Source: an uncultured bacterium (lineage in GTDB: Bacteria > Bacillota_I > Bacilli_A > RF39 > UBA660). Taken from it: 64,000 nucleotides of DNA. The stretch lies in NCBI GenBank assembly GCA_905216155.1, contig CAJMSU010000003.1, positions 6,300-70,299 on the forward strand. Reading direction: 5' to 3'. Below the pieces are notes generated by a model that had not been told where the DNA came from, ran no database searches, and saw nothing but the letters and a program-made list of their open reading frames with translations. Within the stretch, counting starts at the first letter, position 1. Every line of letters starts with the position of its first letter. The position numbers and the translations under genes were made by a program. Below are positions 47,827-58,254 of this stretch, one piece after another.

Positions 47827-50388
47827 TTAATTTAGAAAATCATCTATTGTCATTAATCTATCATCTATTTCTTTTAATGATATTTTTTCTTTTTTAGGTA
47901 CTGGTTTTTCTTCTTCCTTAGTATTATTGTCTACATCATCACTTATCCCATCATCTTCATCACTATATATTTCCAACTCTTTTACCAAGAAAGCATCAAA
48001 TAATTCATGTTTCGTAATTTCCTTACCAGTTGAGTATCTATCACTTATTGGAAGTTCTGTTAATTTAAGAGTATTAATTGATTCATTTTTAATTCCAATA
48101 TAATTTTTAGATTCTGTTATAAATGTTTTTAATATTTGATATGGGTTTGTTTTAACTTCTCTTAATACTAATAAACCTCTTCTAGCTCTTGTTGATAATT
48201 CAAATTCATTAAGTCTTACTCTCTTACCAGTTCCTTTTGTAGTTATAATAGTAATAAATTCATCCTTTTCCTCACTAAATTCATTTACAGAAACTAAATA
48301 ATCATCTTTTAATTTCATAGCTTTAACACCAGAAGCTTTAACACCCACAACTGGTATCTCATCCATTTTAAAACTCAAACCATAACCAGTATTTGTCGTT
48401 ATAAATACATTATCCTTTGTCTCAATAAAAGCATCTATTACTTCATCATTTTCTTTTAATTTCATACAACTAGTTGGTTTTGAATATCTAAGAAGCCTAA
48501 AGTCTTGTAACCTACTTCTTTTTATCATACCATTTTTTGTTGTAATTACTACATTTTTATCACTGTCAAATGTTTGAACAGGAATAGATGCAATTACTTG
48601 TTCAGTAGGTGAAGTTTCTATTATATTGCTTACATGTTTAGGCATATCTTTCCATTTTAAATCTGGTATCATATGAACCGGAATATGAAGATAATTTCCT
48701 TCTGATGTAAATACTAAAAGAGTATCTGTAGTATTCATTTCATATTTTCCAATAACATAATCATTTTCCTTAATAGTTAAGTCTTCTTCATTAGATGCTT
48801 TATAACTTCTATATGAAGTTCTTTTAATATAACCATCCTTTGTTACTAATACAACTACATCTTCTTTTGGTATCATCATAGACTCATCTATCTTTATCTC
48901 AGTAATCTCTTCTTTTATATCAGTAAGTCTTTCAGTGGGATAGTCTTTTTTTACTTGTTTTAATTCTTTTTTCATTACATATTTAAGAGCATCCTCACTA
49001 CTTAAAATAGCAGTTAGTCCATTTATTCTAACTTCAAGAGCTGCCATTTCCTCTTCTAGAGCTACTACATCAGTATTTGTTAACCTATAAAGTTGTAAAG
49101 TAACAATAGCTTCTGCTTGTTCTAATGTAAAATCAAACTCTTTAACTAAATTTTCCTTAGCGTTCGTTTTATTTTTAGATTCTCTTATTACTTTTATAAC
49201 CTCATCCAAAATAGATAAACATTTAATTAATCCTTCTACTATATGAAATCTAGCTTTAGCATGTTTAAGTTCAAATTCAGTTCTTCTTTTAACAACTTCT
49301 CTTTGATGAGCGATAAAAGCATCTAAACAACCCTTTAATCCAAGTAATTTAGGTCTTCTATTTACAATTGATACTACATTAAAGTTATAACTTATTTGCA
49401 TATCAGTATTTTTTAATAAATAATTTACTATTAATTCTGCATTTGCATTTTTCTTTAAATCTATTACTATTCTAACATCTTTAGCAGATTCATCTCTAAC
49501 TTCACTTATGCCATCAATCTTTTTATCAATTCTAATATCATCCATCTTCTTTACCATATTAGCTTTATTTGCTTCAAATGGAATTTCTGTTATTATAATT
49601 GATTTTGATTTACCAGTATCTTCTATTTCATATCTACTTTTAATAATTATTCTTCCACGACCTGTTTCATAGGCTTGTTTAATACCATCTAATCCTTCTA
49701 TGATTCCTCCAGTTGGAAAATCAGGACCTTTTACATATTTCATTAAAGTATCTAAACTACAATTTGGATTATCAATTCTATGAATTGTAGCATCTATCAC
49801 TTCATTTAGATTATGTGGCGGAATATTTGTAGCATATCCTGCTGAAATACCTTGAGCACCATATACAAGTAGTGCCGGAAATCTAGCAGGTAAAACAGTA
49901 GGTTCTTCTGTAGTATCATCAAAGTTAGGAGCAAATTCTACAGTATCTTTATCAATATCGCGAAGCATTTCATTACTTATTTTAGAAAGACGAGCCTCTG
50001 TATAACGATAAGCCGCAGGAGAATCCCCATCAATAGATCCATTATTACCATGCATATCAATATATGGAAGTCTTGTTTTCCATGGTTGACTCATACGAAC
50101 CATAGCATCATATATTGATGTATCACCATGTGGATGATAATTACCTATAACATCTCCTACAGTTTTAGCACTCTTACGATATCCCTTATCATAAGTATTC
50201 TTTTCCTTATGCATAGAATATAAAATTCTTCTTTGAACTGGTTTTAACCCATCTCTAGCATCAGGAATAGCACGATCTTGAATAATATATTTTGAATATG
50301 ATCCAAAACGTTCTCCCATAATATCTTCCAATGTATAATCAAATATTTTTTCAATCACTTCCTGCGTTTCTGTTTTCTTTCTTGCCAT
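47827..50388 (-). CDS. parC: DNA topoisomerase IV subunit A
   Basis: Type IIA A-subunit (AAYRYTEARL active-site Tyr region). The CTD lacks a GyrA box (QRRGGKG) and has a ParC-like RTSYRSYKASNE. ATG 50388 follows AGGTGA; the track GTG start sits inside the RBS. Confidence 0.85.
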   Translation of the reverse strand: MARKKTETQEVIEKIFDYTLEDIMGERFGSYSKYIIQDRAIPDARDGLKPVQRRILYSMHKEKNTYDKGYRKSAKTVGDVIGNYHPHGDTSIYDAMVRMSQPWKTRLPYIDMHGNNGSIDGDSPAAYRYTEARLSKISNEMLRDIDKDTVEFAPNFDDTTEEPTVLPARFPALLVYGAQGISAGYATNIPPHNLNEVIDATIHRIDNPNCSLDTLMKYVKGPDFPTGGIIEGLDGIKQAYETGRGRIIIKSRYEIEDTGKSKSIIITEIPFEANKANMVKKMDDIRIDKKIDGISEVRDESAKDVRIVIDLKKNANAELIVNYLLKNTDMQISYNFNVVSIVNRRPKLLGLKGCLDAFIAHQREVVKRRTEFELKHAKARFHIVEGLIKCLSILDEVIKVIRESKNKTNAKENLVKEFDFTLEQAEAIVTLQLYRLTNTDVVALEEEMAALEVRINGLTAILSSEDALKYVMKKELKQVKKDYPTERLTDIKEEITEIKIDESMMIPKEDVVVLVTKDGYIKRTSYRSYKASNEEDLTIKENDYVIGKYEMNTTDTLLVFTSEGNYLHIPVHMIPDLKWKDMPKHVSNIIETSPTEQVIASIPVQTFDSDKNVVITTKNGMIKRSRLQDFRLLRYSKPTSCMKLKENDEVIDAFIETKDNVFITTNTGYGLSFKMDEIPVVGVKASGVKAMKLKDDYLVSVNEFSEEKDEFITIITTKGTGKRVRLNEFELSTRARRGLLVLREVKTNPYQILKTFITESKNYIGIKNESINTLKLTELPISDRYSTGKEITKHELFDAFLVKELEIYSDEDDGISDDVDNNTKEEEKPVPKKEKISLKEIDDRLMTIDDFLN

Positions 50389-50409
50389 TTTTATCACCTA
50401 ACTTCTCAT

Positions 50410-52311
50410 TTATATTTGAAAATCATCTTCTAATGAAAATTCAACATTTTCTTCAATCCATTCTTTACGAGGAGGAACATCATCCCCCATAAGAACTGAT
50501 ACTCTTTTTTCTGCAAGCTGAGCATCTTCTATATTTACTCTTATTAATGTTCTAGAACCAGGGTGCATTGTAGTTTCACAAAGTTGATCAGCGTTCATTT
50601 CACCAAGTCCTTTATATCTTTGTATTTCACATTTTTTACCCTTTGATTTTTCTTTCATTTCTTCTATTGTATAAGCATATTCTATATTTTTACCACTTTG
50701 GATTTTAAATAATGGTGGCAACGCAACAAAAAGTCTTCCGTCCTCTATTAATGGTCGCATATAACGATAGAAAAATGTTAAAAGCAAACATTGAATATGT
50801 CCACCATCTTCATCAGCATCGCTCATTATAATAACCTTTTTATATTCACAATCGTTTATATCAAAATTAGAGCCATATCCAGCACCAATAGTATATATCA
50901 TAGTATTTATTTCTTCATTTTTTAAAATATCTTCTTCTTTAGTCTTTTCTGTATTTAAAACCTTACCACGTAATGGAAGTATAGCCTGATAACGTCTATC
51001 ACGGCCCTGTTTTGCAGAACCACCTGCTGAATCACCCTCGACCAAAAATAATTCTTTTTTTGTCTTATCTTTACTTTGAGCTGGTGCAAGTTTTCCTGAT
51101 AAGCTTCTTTCTTTTGAACTCTTCTTAGTTCCTTTTCTAGCTTCTTCCCTTGCTTTTCTAGCAGCCTCTCTCGCTATTTTACTACGTAAACTCTTATTAA
51201 TAATTTCTGTTGCAATCTTTTTATTTTCCTCTAAAAACACTCTTAATTGATCTGTAACAATTGACTCAACAGCAACACGTGCTCCAGGCGTTCCTAGTTT
51301 ACCTTTTGTTTGTCCTTCAAATTGAAGTATTCCTTCTGGTATTTTTAAACTAATAACGGCAGTTAATCCTTCTCTTACATCGCTTCCTTCTAATGATTTT
51401 TCCTTTCCCTTAATAAAACCATTTGATTTAGCATAATCATTAAAGACTCTAGTAAGAGCTGTTTTAAATCCAACCTCGTGTGTACCACCATCTATTGTTT
51501 TAACATTATTAACAAAACTTACTATATTATCATTATAAGAATCAGTATATTGCATAGAAATATCAACTTCCATTTTATCTTTCATACCAGATATTGATAA
51601 GACATTATGTAAAGCATTTTTTCCTTTATTTAAATCCTCTACAAACTCTTCAATTCCTCTTTCATAATGATATATAGCACTTCTTTCATCCTCTTCATCA
51701 ACAACTTCTATTGTAATACCTTTTAATAAGAAGGCAGATTCTTGCATCCTCTCACATATAGTAGTAAATGAAAAGTTAGTAGTAGAAAATATTTCATCAT
51801 CAGGTAAAAATCTAACAGTAGTACCAGTTTTATTTGTTTTACCTATTTTCTTAAGTGGAACTGCTACCTTACCACCATTTTCAAATTTTATATAATATTC
51901 TTCCTTATCACGTTTTATTGTAACTTCCATCCATTTTGATAATGCATTAACAACACTTGATCCAACTCCATGAAGACCACCAGATACCTTATATCCTTCA
52001 CTTTCAAATTTACCACCAGCATGAAGTACAGTAAAAATAACCTCTGGAGTTGATTTACCAGACGCATGCATACCTGTTGGAAGACCTCTACCATGATCTT
52101 CTACACTTACTGATTTATCAGAATGAATTATAATTTTTATATAGTCACCAAAACCATTTATAGCCTCATCTATTGAATTATCAACAATTTCCCATACTAA
52201 ATGATGAAGCCCTCTTTTATCAGTTGAACCTATATACATACCAGGTCTTTTTCTTACTGCTTCTAATCCCTCTAAAACTTTAATTGAAGAATCATCATAT
52301 TTTAATGCCAT
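50410..52311 (-). CDS. parE: DNA topoisomerase IV subunit B
   Basis: GHKL ATPase (LEAVRKRPGMYIGS, GGLHGVG), Toprim EGDSAGG, PLRGK. ATG 52311 is preceded by AGGAGTG. The 25 extra track codons are hydrophobic read-through. Confidence 0.85.
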   Translation of the reverse strand: MALKYDDSSIKVLEGLEAVRKRPGMYIGSTDKRGLHHLVWEIVDNSIDEAINGFGDYIKIIIHSDKSVSVEDHGRGLPTGMHASGKSTPEVIFTVLHAGGKFESEGYKVSGGLHGVGSSVVNALSKWMEVTIKRDKEEYYIKFENGGKVAVPLKKIGKTNKTGTTVRFLPDDEIFSTTNFSFTTICERMQESAFLLKGITIEVVDEEDERSAIYHYERGIEEFVEDLNKGKNALHNVLSISGMKDKMEVDISMQYTDSYNDNIVSFVNNVKTIDGGTHEVGFKTALTRVFNDYAKSNGFIKGKEKSLEGSDVREGLTAVISLKIPEGILQFEGQTKGKLGTPGARVAVESIVTDQLRVFLEENKKIATEIINKSLRSKIAREAARKAREEARKGTKKSSKERSLSGKLAPAQSKDKTKKELFLVEGDSAGGSAKQGRDRRYQAILPLRGKVLNTEKTKEEDILKNEEINTMIYTIGAGYGSNFDINDCEYKKVIIMSDADEDGGHIQCLLLTFFYRYMRPLIEDGRLFVALPPLFKIQSGKNIEYAYTIEEMKEKSKGKKCEIQRYKGLGEMNADQLCETTMHPGSRTLIRVNIEDAQLAEKRVSVLMGDDVPPRKEWIEENVEFSLEDDFQI

Positions 52312-52433
52312 ATTTATCACTCCTAATATTTCCCTATCTCCTATTATAACCAAAAAACAAGCCATTTTCAAATAAACTTTTAACAAATAAGCAAAAAAAA
52401 TAAAGAAGCATCAACTAAGACTTCATTATTTTA

Positions 52434-53921
52434 CTACTTTATTTTTTTCTTAAAATCATTATAACTATGACTAAGATTTATTATATTTGGATAAACAATT
52501 GCCTTTAATAAAGGAAATTTTTCCATTAAATCATAAGCATTTGTTCCATAATAACATTCATCTAATTCTGCCAAAGAAATTAAATCTAATAATAGTTTTT
52601 CCTCATTTTCTTTTCTATAGTTTGTAATATACTCATAATTAATATCATATTCATCCACTAAAAACTGAGTATATAACTCTTCCATTTCTAAAAAATCACC
52701 TATAAAATCATCACTATAATTAGCATTATCATAATAATTCGTAATAATATTTTCAACTATTATAAAAAGTGATATGTTCTCATCTACTGAAATATTATTT
52801 TTCTTAGTATATGTTATCATTTGTTTTAATACCTTTTTAAAAATATCAAGCTTATAATTATTACCAACTAACTGTCTCATATTACTAGAAGTACTAAAAT
52901 TATTTTTAAAATTAGTTCTTTTATATTTAGAATCAATTGCGTATATAATTTTATATAATAATTGAACATCACTATAATCACACGTATCACAATATTCATA
53001 AAATTTATCATAATCAGTATCAAATATGCACTCATAATAATCATATATATTTTTATTATTAAATAAACCTAATAAAATTATTAGTGCCTCATCTATTCTT
53101 TCCTCAGAATAAGTATAATCACTATAATCACTCATTTTGTATCCTTCTACATTATATAATTCTGACTCCGCTGCTGACTCTTCTAAAGAAGAAAATGAAT
53201 TATATGAAAACGTTAAATTACTATACTTTTGTGTTTTACATGAACAAATTTCTTCTCTTGCATGATTAATTTCATGTGCTAATGTTAATTCTACATATTT
53301 ATTAATATCTTCATTGCCATATGTTTTATATATTTCATCTAAATATATTAATATCAAATTTTCATCTGGTACATACTTACCTAAACAATCAGTTTCCTCA
53401 TTTAAGCACAATATTTTCAATCCCTCTATTTTATGCATATCTTCATCTATATCATTTTTACTATTATAAATAATATTAGTTAAAATATTTTTTAACATAT
53501 TTTTAGCATTAAAATCACTAGTTTCAAAAAATGAATAGGCACATACATTATTATTATCTAAATAAAAAGATGTATTATCAATAATTTTTTCAACAACACC
53601 ATTTATATCACCATCAAAGCTGACTTCACACGAATCATCATTTTCAATAGAACGTTTATAAATATATTCTATTTCATCCTTTTTTTGATAATATTCTTGA
53701 TATGGATATACTACATCAATATCATCAATTTCATCAGAAAATGTTTTATATATATCACGTTGATCCAATTCTTTTTCAGTATCATGTTCTAATACATATG
53801 AAGTATCAATATCTTCACTAATTTTTTCATCATTACAACCAGTAAGCGTTACAGAAAGTGTAGTAGCAATAGATAATGCTAGTAATTTATTTTTTAATTT
53901 TATAAGTTCATTCTTTGTCAT
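52434..53921 (-). CDS. Lipoprotein with HExxH zincin motif
   Basis: Lipobox LTGC. Single HExxH (LAHEINHAREE) with a possible third ligand in LEESAAESE about 35 aa downstream. Otherwise an Asp/Tyr/Asn-rich unknown. Confidence 0.5.
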   Translation of the reverse strand: MTKNELIKLKNKLLALSIATTLSVTLTGCNDEKISEDIDTSYVLEHDTEKELDQRDIYKTFSDEIDDIDVVYPYQEYYQKKDEIEYIYKRSIENDDSCEVSFDGDINGVVEKIIDNTSFYLDNNNVCAYSFFETSDFNAKNMLKNILTNIIYNSKNDIDEDMHKIEGLKILCLNEETDCLGKYVPDENLILIYLDEIYKTYGNEDINKYVELTLAHEINHAREEICSCKTQKYSNLTFSYNSFSSLEESAAESELYNVEGYKMSDYSDYTYSEERIDEALIILLGLFNNKNIYDYYECIFDTDYDKFYEYCDTCDYSDVQLLYKIIYAIDSKYKRTNFKNNFSTSSNMRQLVGNNYKLDIFKKVLKQMITYTKKNNISVDENISLFIIVENIITNYYDNANYSDDFIGDFLEMEELYTQFLVDEYDINYEYITNYRKENEEKLLLDLISLAELDECYYGTNAYDLMEKFPLLKAIVYPNIINLSHSYNDFKKKIK

Positions 53922-53945
53922 AATATATCCCCTTACAAGTCACAT

Positions 53946-53954
53946 ATTATAACA
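53946..53954 (-). promoter_or_regulatory. Extended -10 promoter (TGtTATAAT) for the lipoprotein gene
   Basis: The minus strand reads AAAATGTTATAAT, then AAGGGGA RBS and ATG 53921. Confidence 0.4.
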
Positions 53955-54025
53955 TTTTCTATAAAAAAATAAAAGAGATATTTATCATTAAATTATAATA
54001 TATAAATTTAAATTCTATATAGCAT

Positions 54026-54064
54026 GAAAAAATGAAAACTAAAAATATTAATTTTCATTTTTTA
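54026..54064. terminator. Bidirectional-looking terminator after holA
   Basis: AATGAAAA/TTTTCATT 8-bp stem with flanking A5 and T5 runs. Confidence 0.55.
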
Positions 54065-54073
54065 TAGTCTAAC

Positions 54074-55015
54074 TCAACAATAATTTAAAATAAAAAGTTC
54101 AATTAAAAATTTATTATCTACATCACTTGTCTTCATCTTTAAATCTATATTTGCCAGTCTTTGCATTAAAAATAATAATTCAGCTTCACTATAATATCTA
54201 GTTAATTCAAGCGTTTTAGTTATTCTATATGGTTTTTCAGCTAAAACACTTGCAATTTCATTACTAGACATATTTCTTTTACTTAATATCTTAGTTTGAT
54301 AAATTATTCTAAACTGACTACCTAAAAGCCCTAAAAGAGAAATTGAATCCACATAATTATCAACTAATTCTCTATATTTTTTTAAAGCATTACTTTTATT
54401 TTTTGAAGCTAAATTTCTAACAAAATCAAATGTTAAATCCATAGAATCAGCATGCTTTTTTATAACCATCAAAGATATATCACTTAAAAGTATCTCTTTT
54501 TCAGCTGCCTTGAAGTTAATTAATTTATTGCATTCATTATCAATTTTAGTAATATCATCCAAACAAAGTTCATGAATTTTTTTTACTACACCATTTTCTA
54601 ACTTATAATCACTTAGTTTTTGTTTTATATAATTTTCTGGATTTATTGATACTAAAATATATTCTAACTTTTTCTTTAAATCTTTTGTCAGTTTTTTTGT
54701 ATTATTTAGTTTTTTTGATGTAACAATCAATAAATTATCACTAACAGTATTATCTAAATAAGTCATAAAATGTTTATATAAATCTTTGTTACTATCTATA
54801 CTAAAACTATCTATATTATTAATAATTACAACTTTTTTATTTGAAAACAAACCATAAGTATCCAAATCTTCTAAAGCCCTATCAAATTCATCCTCAACTA
54901 CATCATAATTACTAATAGGAGCATCTAAAAAATTAGTCTTTTTTATTATTTCTTCTATTTTTATTTTTAGTGACTTACTATCACTTGACTCAATTAAATA
55001 ATTATATGATGTCAT
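54074..55015 (-). CDS. holA: DNA polymerase III delta subunit
   Basis: 313 aa. LFSNKKVVIINN clamp-loader-like N domain and C-terminal LANIDLKMKTS region typical of HolA. 14-nt overlap with the alaS end. Confidence 0.6.
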   Translation of the reverse strand: MTSYNYLIESSDSKSLKIKIEEIIKKTNFLDAPISNYDVVEDEFDRALEDLDTYGLFSNKKVVIINNIDSFSIDSNKDLYKHFMTYLDNTVSDNLLIVTSKKLNNTKKLTKDLKKKLEYILVSINPENYIKQKLSDYKLENGVVKKIHELCLDDITKIDNECNKLINFKAAEKEILLSDISLMVIKKHADSMDLTFDFVRNLASKNKSNALKKYRELVDNYVDSISLLGLLGSQFRIIYQTKILSKRNMSSNEIASVLAEKPYRITKTLELTRYYSEAELLFLMQRLANIDLKMKTSDVDNKFLIELFILNYC

Positions 55016-57698
55016 TTACTAAAACCTTTTCTACATGTTTAAACACTTCTGGAAGATATTCTTTTGTTTTTCCTCCGCCTTGAGCAAAAGTTTTACTACC
55101 TCCACCATTTCCTAAAGAAGATACTGACGCATCTTTAACTAATAATCCAGCATTAACAAAACAATTACTACGTGCTATAAAGTTAACTGATGAATCTTCC
55201 TTAACATTAGCAAAGAAAATTAATCCAGGTTTCATTTCATTAATTAAACTATCAGCAATTGCCTTAAGGAAACTAATATCTTTATTAAAAGTTTGCATAA
55301 TTAAAGCCTTTGTACCATTATAATCTTTTATTTTATCTCTATATGAGTCCAAATTATTTAATGCTTGCTTCATCTTTGCATCTTCAAATGCTTTTTCTAA
55401 TGTTTTAACCTCACTATGAACATATTGTAGTTCATTTCTATTAAATATAATATCTTTATATGAAGTCGGTTTAGAATTATCTATATCAACATCGAAATCC
55501 AAACTAATTCCAAGCTCTTTTGCCTCATCTAATATAGTTTTAGCTTTCATTAATAATTTTATCATTTCATCATTATAAGGTTTTATAGTATCAAATAATG
55601 TATCAGAAACCTTTGCTCCAGTTACAGCTTCTATTCTATATAAATTACTTCCTTTTGATTCACATGAATATATTGCAAAGTTTTTAATATCTGATGTATT
55701 AGTAGCATGTGTACCACCACATAATTCAATAGATTTACCAATTTTTACAACTCTTACCATATCACCATACTTTTCACTAAATAAAGCCATAGCACCCATC
55801 TCTTTTGCTTTGTCTATTGGTAAAATTTCAGTAGACACTATTAAATTTTGTGAAATCATATCATTAATAAATTTTTCTACCTCAACAACTTCATCATCAC
55901 TTAATTTTTTAGGATAAGTAAAGTCAAATCTAAGTTTTTCATCATCAACATAACTACCAGCTTGCTTAATATCTTTAGATACAACCTGTTGTAAAGCATA
56001 TTGTAGAATATGAACACTAGAGTGATTTGCTTGTATTTTCTTCCTTCTATCTTGATCTAATACTAATTCTACAGTATCACCAATATTAATAACACCATCT
56101 AATAATTTAACTTTATGAATATGTTGACCATTAGGTCCCTTAAAAACATCTAAAACACGTCCTCTAAATGATGGCCCTATAATCATACCAGTATCACTAA
56201 CTTGACCACCTGAAGTTGCAAAAAAACAGGTTCTATCTAACGCCATATAACAATCATGATCAATTGTATTAACTATTTCATCTTTTGAAAATATTGCAGA
56301 TATATTTGTTTTTAAACGATAAATTCCATATACAAATTCAGAAGGCTTTTTATAATCTAATAAAACCTTTTTTTGACTAGCCATAGAGGATTTATTTTTA
56401 GCATTTTTCTTAGCCATTTCTTTTTGTAATGTCATATATTTATCAAATTCATCTTTTGATACACTATATCCCACTTCAGTTAAATATTCTTGAGTAAGTT
56501 CATATGGAAAACCATATGTATCATATAATTTAAATGCATCTTCTCCACTAATCTTTCCATCAATTGACTCATTTACTAATTCCTTTAATCTTCTCTCTCC
56601 TGCTTCTAATGTTTTCAAAAATAAGTTTTCCTCATTCATTACTAAAACTTCAATTTCTCCTTGCATATCTATTAAATAAGGGTAAGCTTTCTTCATAGCA
56701 TCAATAACATCACTTACTATTTTATACATAAAAGGTCCATTTAATCCCATAGTCCTACCAAACCTAACACTTCTTCTTAAAAGTCTTCTAAGAACATAAC
56801 CACGACCAGTATTTTCAAAATAAGCTCCATCTGCTAAAGCAAAAGTAATTGTTCTTATATGATCAGCAATTATTTTAATTTCTTTTTGACCAGTATATTT
56901 AGCATTAATTAATTTTTCAATATGAGCAATAATTGGTGTATATAAATCAGTTTCAAATGTTGAGTCAACTCCTTGAAAAATAGTACACCATCTCTCAAGA
57001 CCAGCACCTGTATCTATATTCTTACTAGGAAGTTCTTGATAATCTCTGCGATCTACACCTGGTTTTGAATTATATTGACTAAATACATTATTCCATATTT
57101 CTACATAACGTTCCTGTTCATCATCATTTTTAAATTTTTCTAAAGCATCTCCCTTAGGATCATATTTTTCTCCTCTATCAAAAAATATTTCAGAATCAGG
57201 TCCACAAGGTCCTTCACCAATTTCCCAGAAATTGCCTTCAAGTTTTATTATATGATCTTCACTCATTCCTAAAGATAACCATTTGTCATATGCAACCTTA
57301 TCTTCAGTATAAACTGTAACATAAAGTAAATCCTTATCTATATCAAACCATTTACTACCAGTTAATATTTCATAAGCAAACTCTAAAGCTTCTTCTTTGA
57401 AATAATCACCAACAGAAAAATTTCCCATCATTTCGAAAAAGGTTAAATGTCTTTTTGTAACACCTACATTTTCTATATCATTAGTACGAATACATTTTTG
57501 AATATTTACAATTCTTCTAGACACAGGAACCTCAGTTCCATCAAAATATTTCTTCAAAGGTGTAACACCAGCATTTACCCATAACAGGCTATCATCATTA
57601 ACAGGTATAAGAGAAGCACTCTCAAATTTTTTATGTTTTTTTCCTTCAAAAAACTTAAACCACATATTTCTAATTTCATCATGACTCATATATCTCAT
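55002..57698 (-). CDS. alaS: Alanine--tRNA ligase
   Basis: Class II AlaRS: EIRNMWFKFFEGKKH, FEMMGNFS, editing-domain HSSVHIL and CGGTH. Start at ATG 57698 or 57689; the upstream gene's stop is at 57700. Confidence 0.95.
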   Translation of the reverse strand: MRYMSHDEIRNMWFKFFEGKKHKKFESASLIPVNDDSLLWVNAGVTPLKKYFDGTEVPVSRRIVNIQKCIRTNDIENVGVTKRHLTFFEMMGNFSVGDYFKEEALEFAYEILTGSKWFDIDKDLLYVTVYTEDKVAYDKWLSLGMSEDHIIKLEGNFWEIGEGPCGPDSEIFFDRGEKYDPKGDALEKFKNDDEQERYVEIWNNVFSQYNSKPGVDRRDYQELPSKNIDTGAGLERWCTIFQGVDSTFETDLYTPIIAHIEKLINAKYTGQKEIKIIADHIRTITFALADGAYFENTGRGYVLRRLLRRSVRFGRTMGLNGPFMYKIVSDVIDAMKKAYPYLIDMQGEIEVLVMNEENLFLKTLEAGERRLKELVNESIDGKISGEDAFKLYDTYGFPYELTQEYLTEVGYSVSKDEFDKYMTLQKEMAKKNAKNKSSMASQKKVLLDYKKPSEFVYGIYRLKTNISAIFSKDEIVNTIDHDCYMALDRTCFFATSGGQVSDTGMIIGPSFRGRVLDVFKGPNGQHIHKVKLLDGVINIGDTVELVLDQDRRKKIQANHSSVHILQYALQQVVSKDIKQAGSYVDDEKLRFDFTYPKKLSDDEVVEVEKFINDMISQNLIVSTEILPIDKAKEMGAMALFSEKYGDMVRVVKIGKSIELCGGTHATNTSDIKNFAIYSCESKGSNLYRIEAVTGAKVSDTLFDTIKPYNDEMIKLLMKAKTILDEAKELGISLDFDVDIDNSKPTSYKDIIFNRNELQYVHSEVKTLEKAFEDAKMKQALNNLDSYRDKIKDYNGTKALIMQTFNKDISFLKAIADSLINEMKPGLIFFANVKEDSSVNFIARSNCFVNAGLLVKDASVSSLGNGGGSKTFAQGGGKTKEYLPEVFKHVEKVLVNDII

Positions 57699-57699
57699 T

Positions 57700-58254
57700 T
57701 TACATCTCACCATCCATAATACTTAAAATTTCATCTATTCTTCTATGATAATCATCAATACTTCCATTATTTAAAATAAAGTAATCTCCCATAGCAATAG
57801 GACCACCCTTATCTAGATTTTCAGTTTCTGCTATATCTCTTTTTTCTATTTCCTCTCTATTTAAAGGTCTAATCTTTCTAACTCCTACTCTTTGATATCT
57901 AATATTTTTATCATTAACAACACTTATAAGTTTTATTTTATCTTTAAATTCATTTCTTAAAACTACATACTCATCCCATGAATAAAGTCCATCTAAAACA
58001 ACATTACTATTCTTATAAGCATCTTGTATTTTTGAAAGTAACAAAATAGCCATCGCTGCCATACCATATTCATCTCTTAAACGTTCTCTCATCATTTTTT
58101 CATTAACAGGATTGATTTCTAAATTTTCTTCTTTTAATTTATCTAAAACAACTCCACCAAAATAAATTTTTTTAAATCCTTTTTCTTCTAGATAATCAGA
58201 GGCAATACTTTTACCACTACCACTCATACCAACAACTGCAATTAATTTATTCAT
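57700..58254 (-). CDS. Small P-loop nucleotide-kinase-like protein (dephospho-CoA-kinase-like / UPF0200-like layout)
   Basis: Walker A VVGMSGSGKS at the N-terminus, VLDGLYSWDE, an R-rich lid (RYQRVGVRKIRP), C-terminal GDYFILNNGSIDD. 184 aa. Confidence 0.45.
   Translation of the reverse strand: MNKLIAVVGMSGSGKSIASDYLEEKGFKKIYFGGVVLDKLKEENLEINPVNEKMMRERLRDEYGMAAMAILLLSKIQDAYKNSNVVLDGLYSWDEYVVLRNEFKDKIKLISVVNDKNIRYQRVGVRKIRPLNREEIEKRDIAETENLDKGGPIAMGDYFILNNGSIDDYHRRIDEILSIMDGEM

Noticed and set aside
47827-52311. Type IIA topoisomerase pair as gyrB-gyrA
   Set aside because: The A-subunit C-terminal domain lacks a GyrA box (QRRGGKG) and carries ParC-like sequence (RTSYRSYKASNE). There is no dnaA-dnaN-recF context. 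Called parE-parC.
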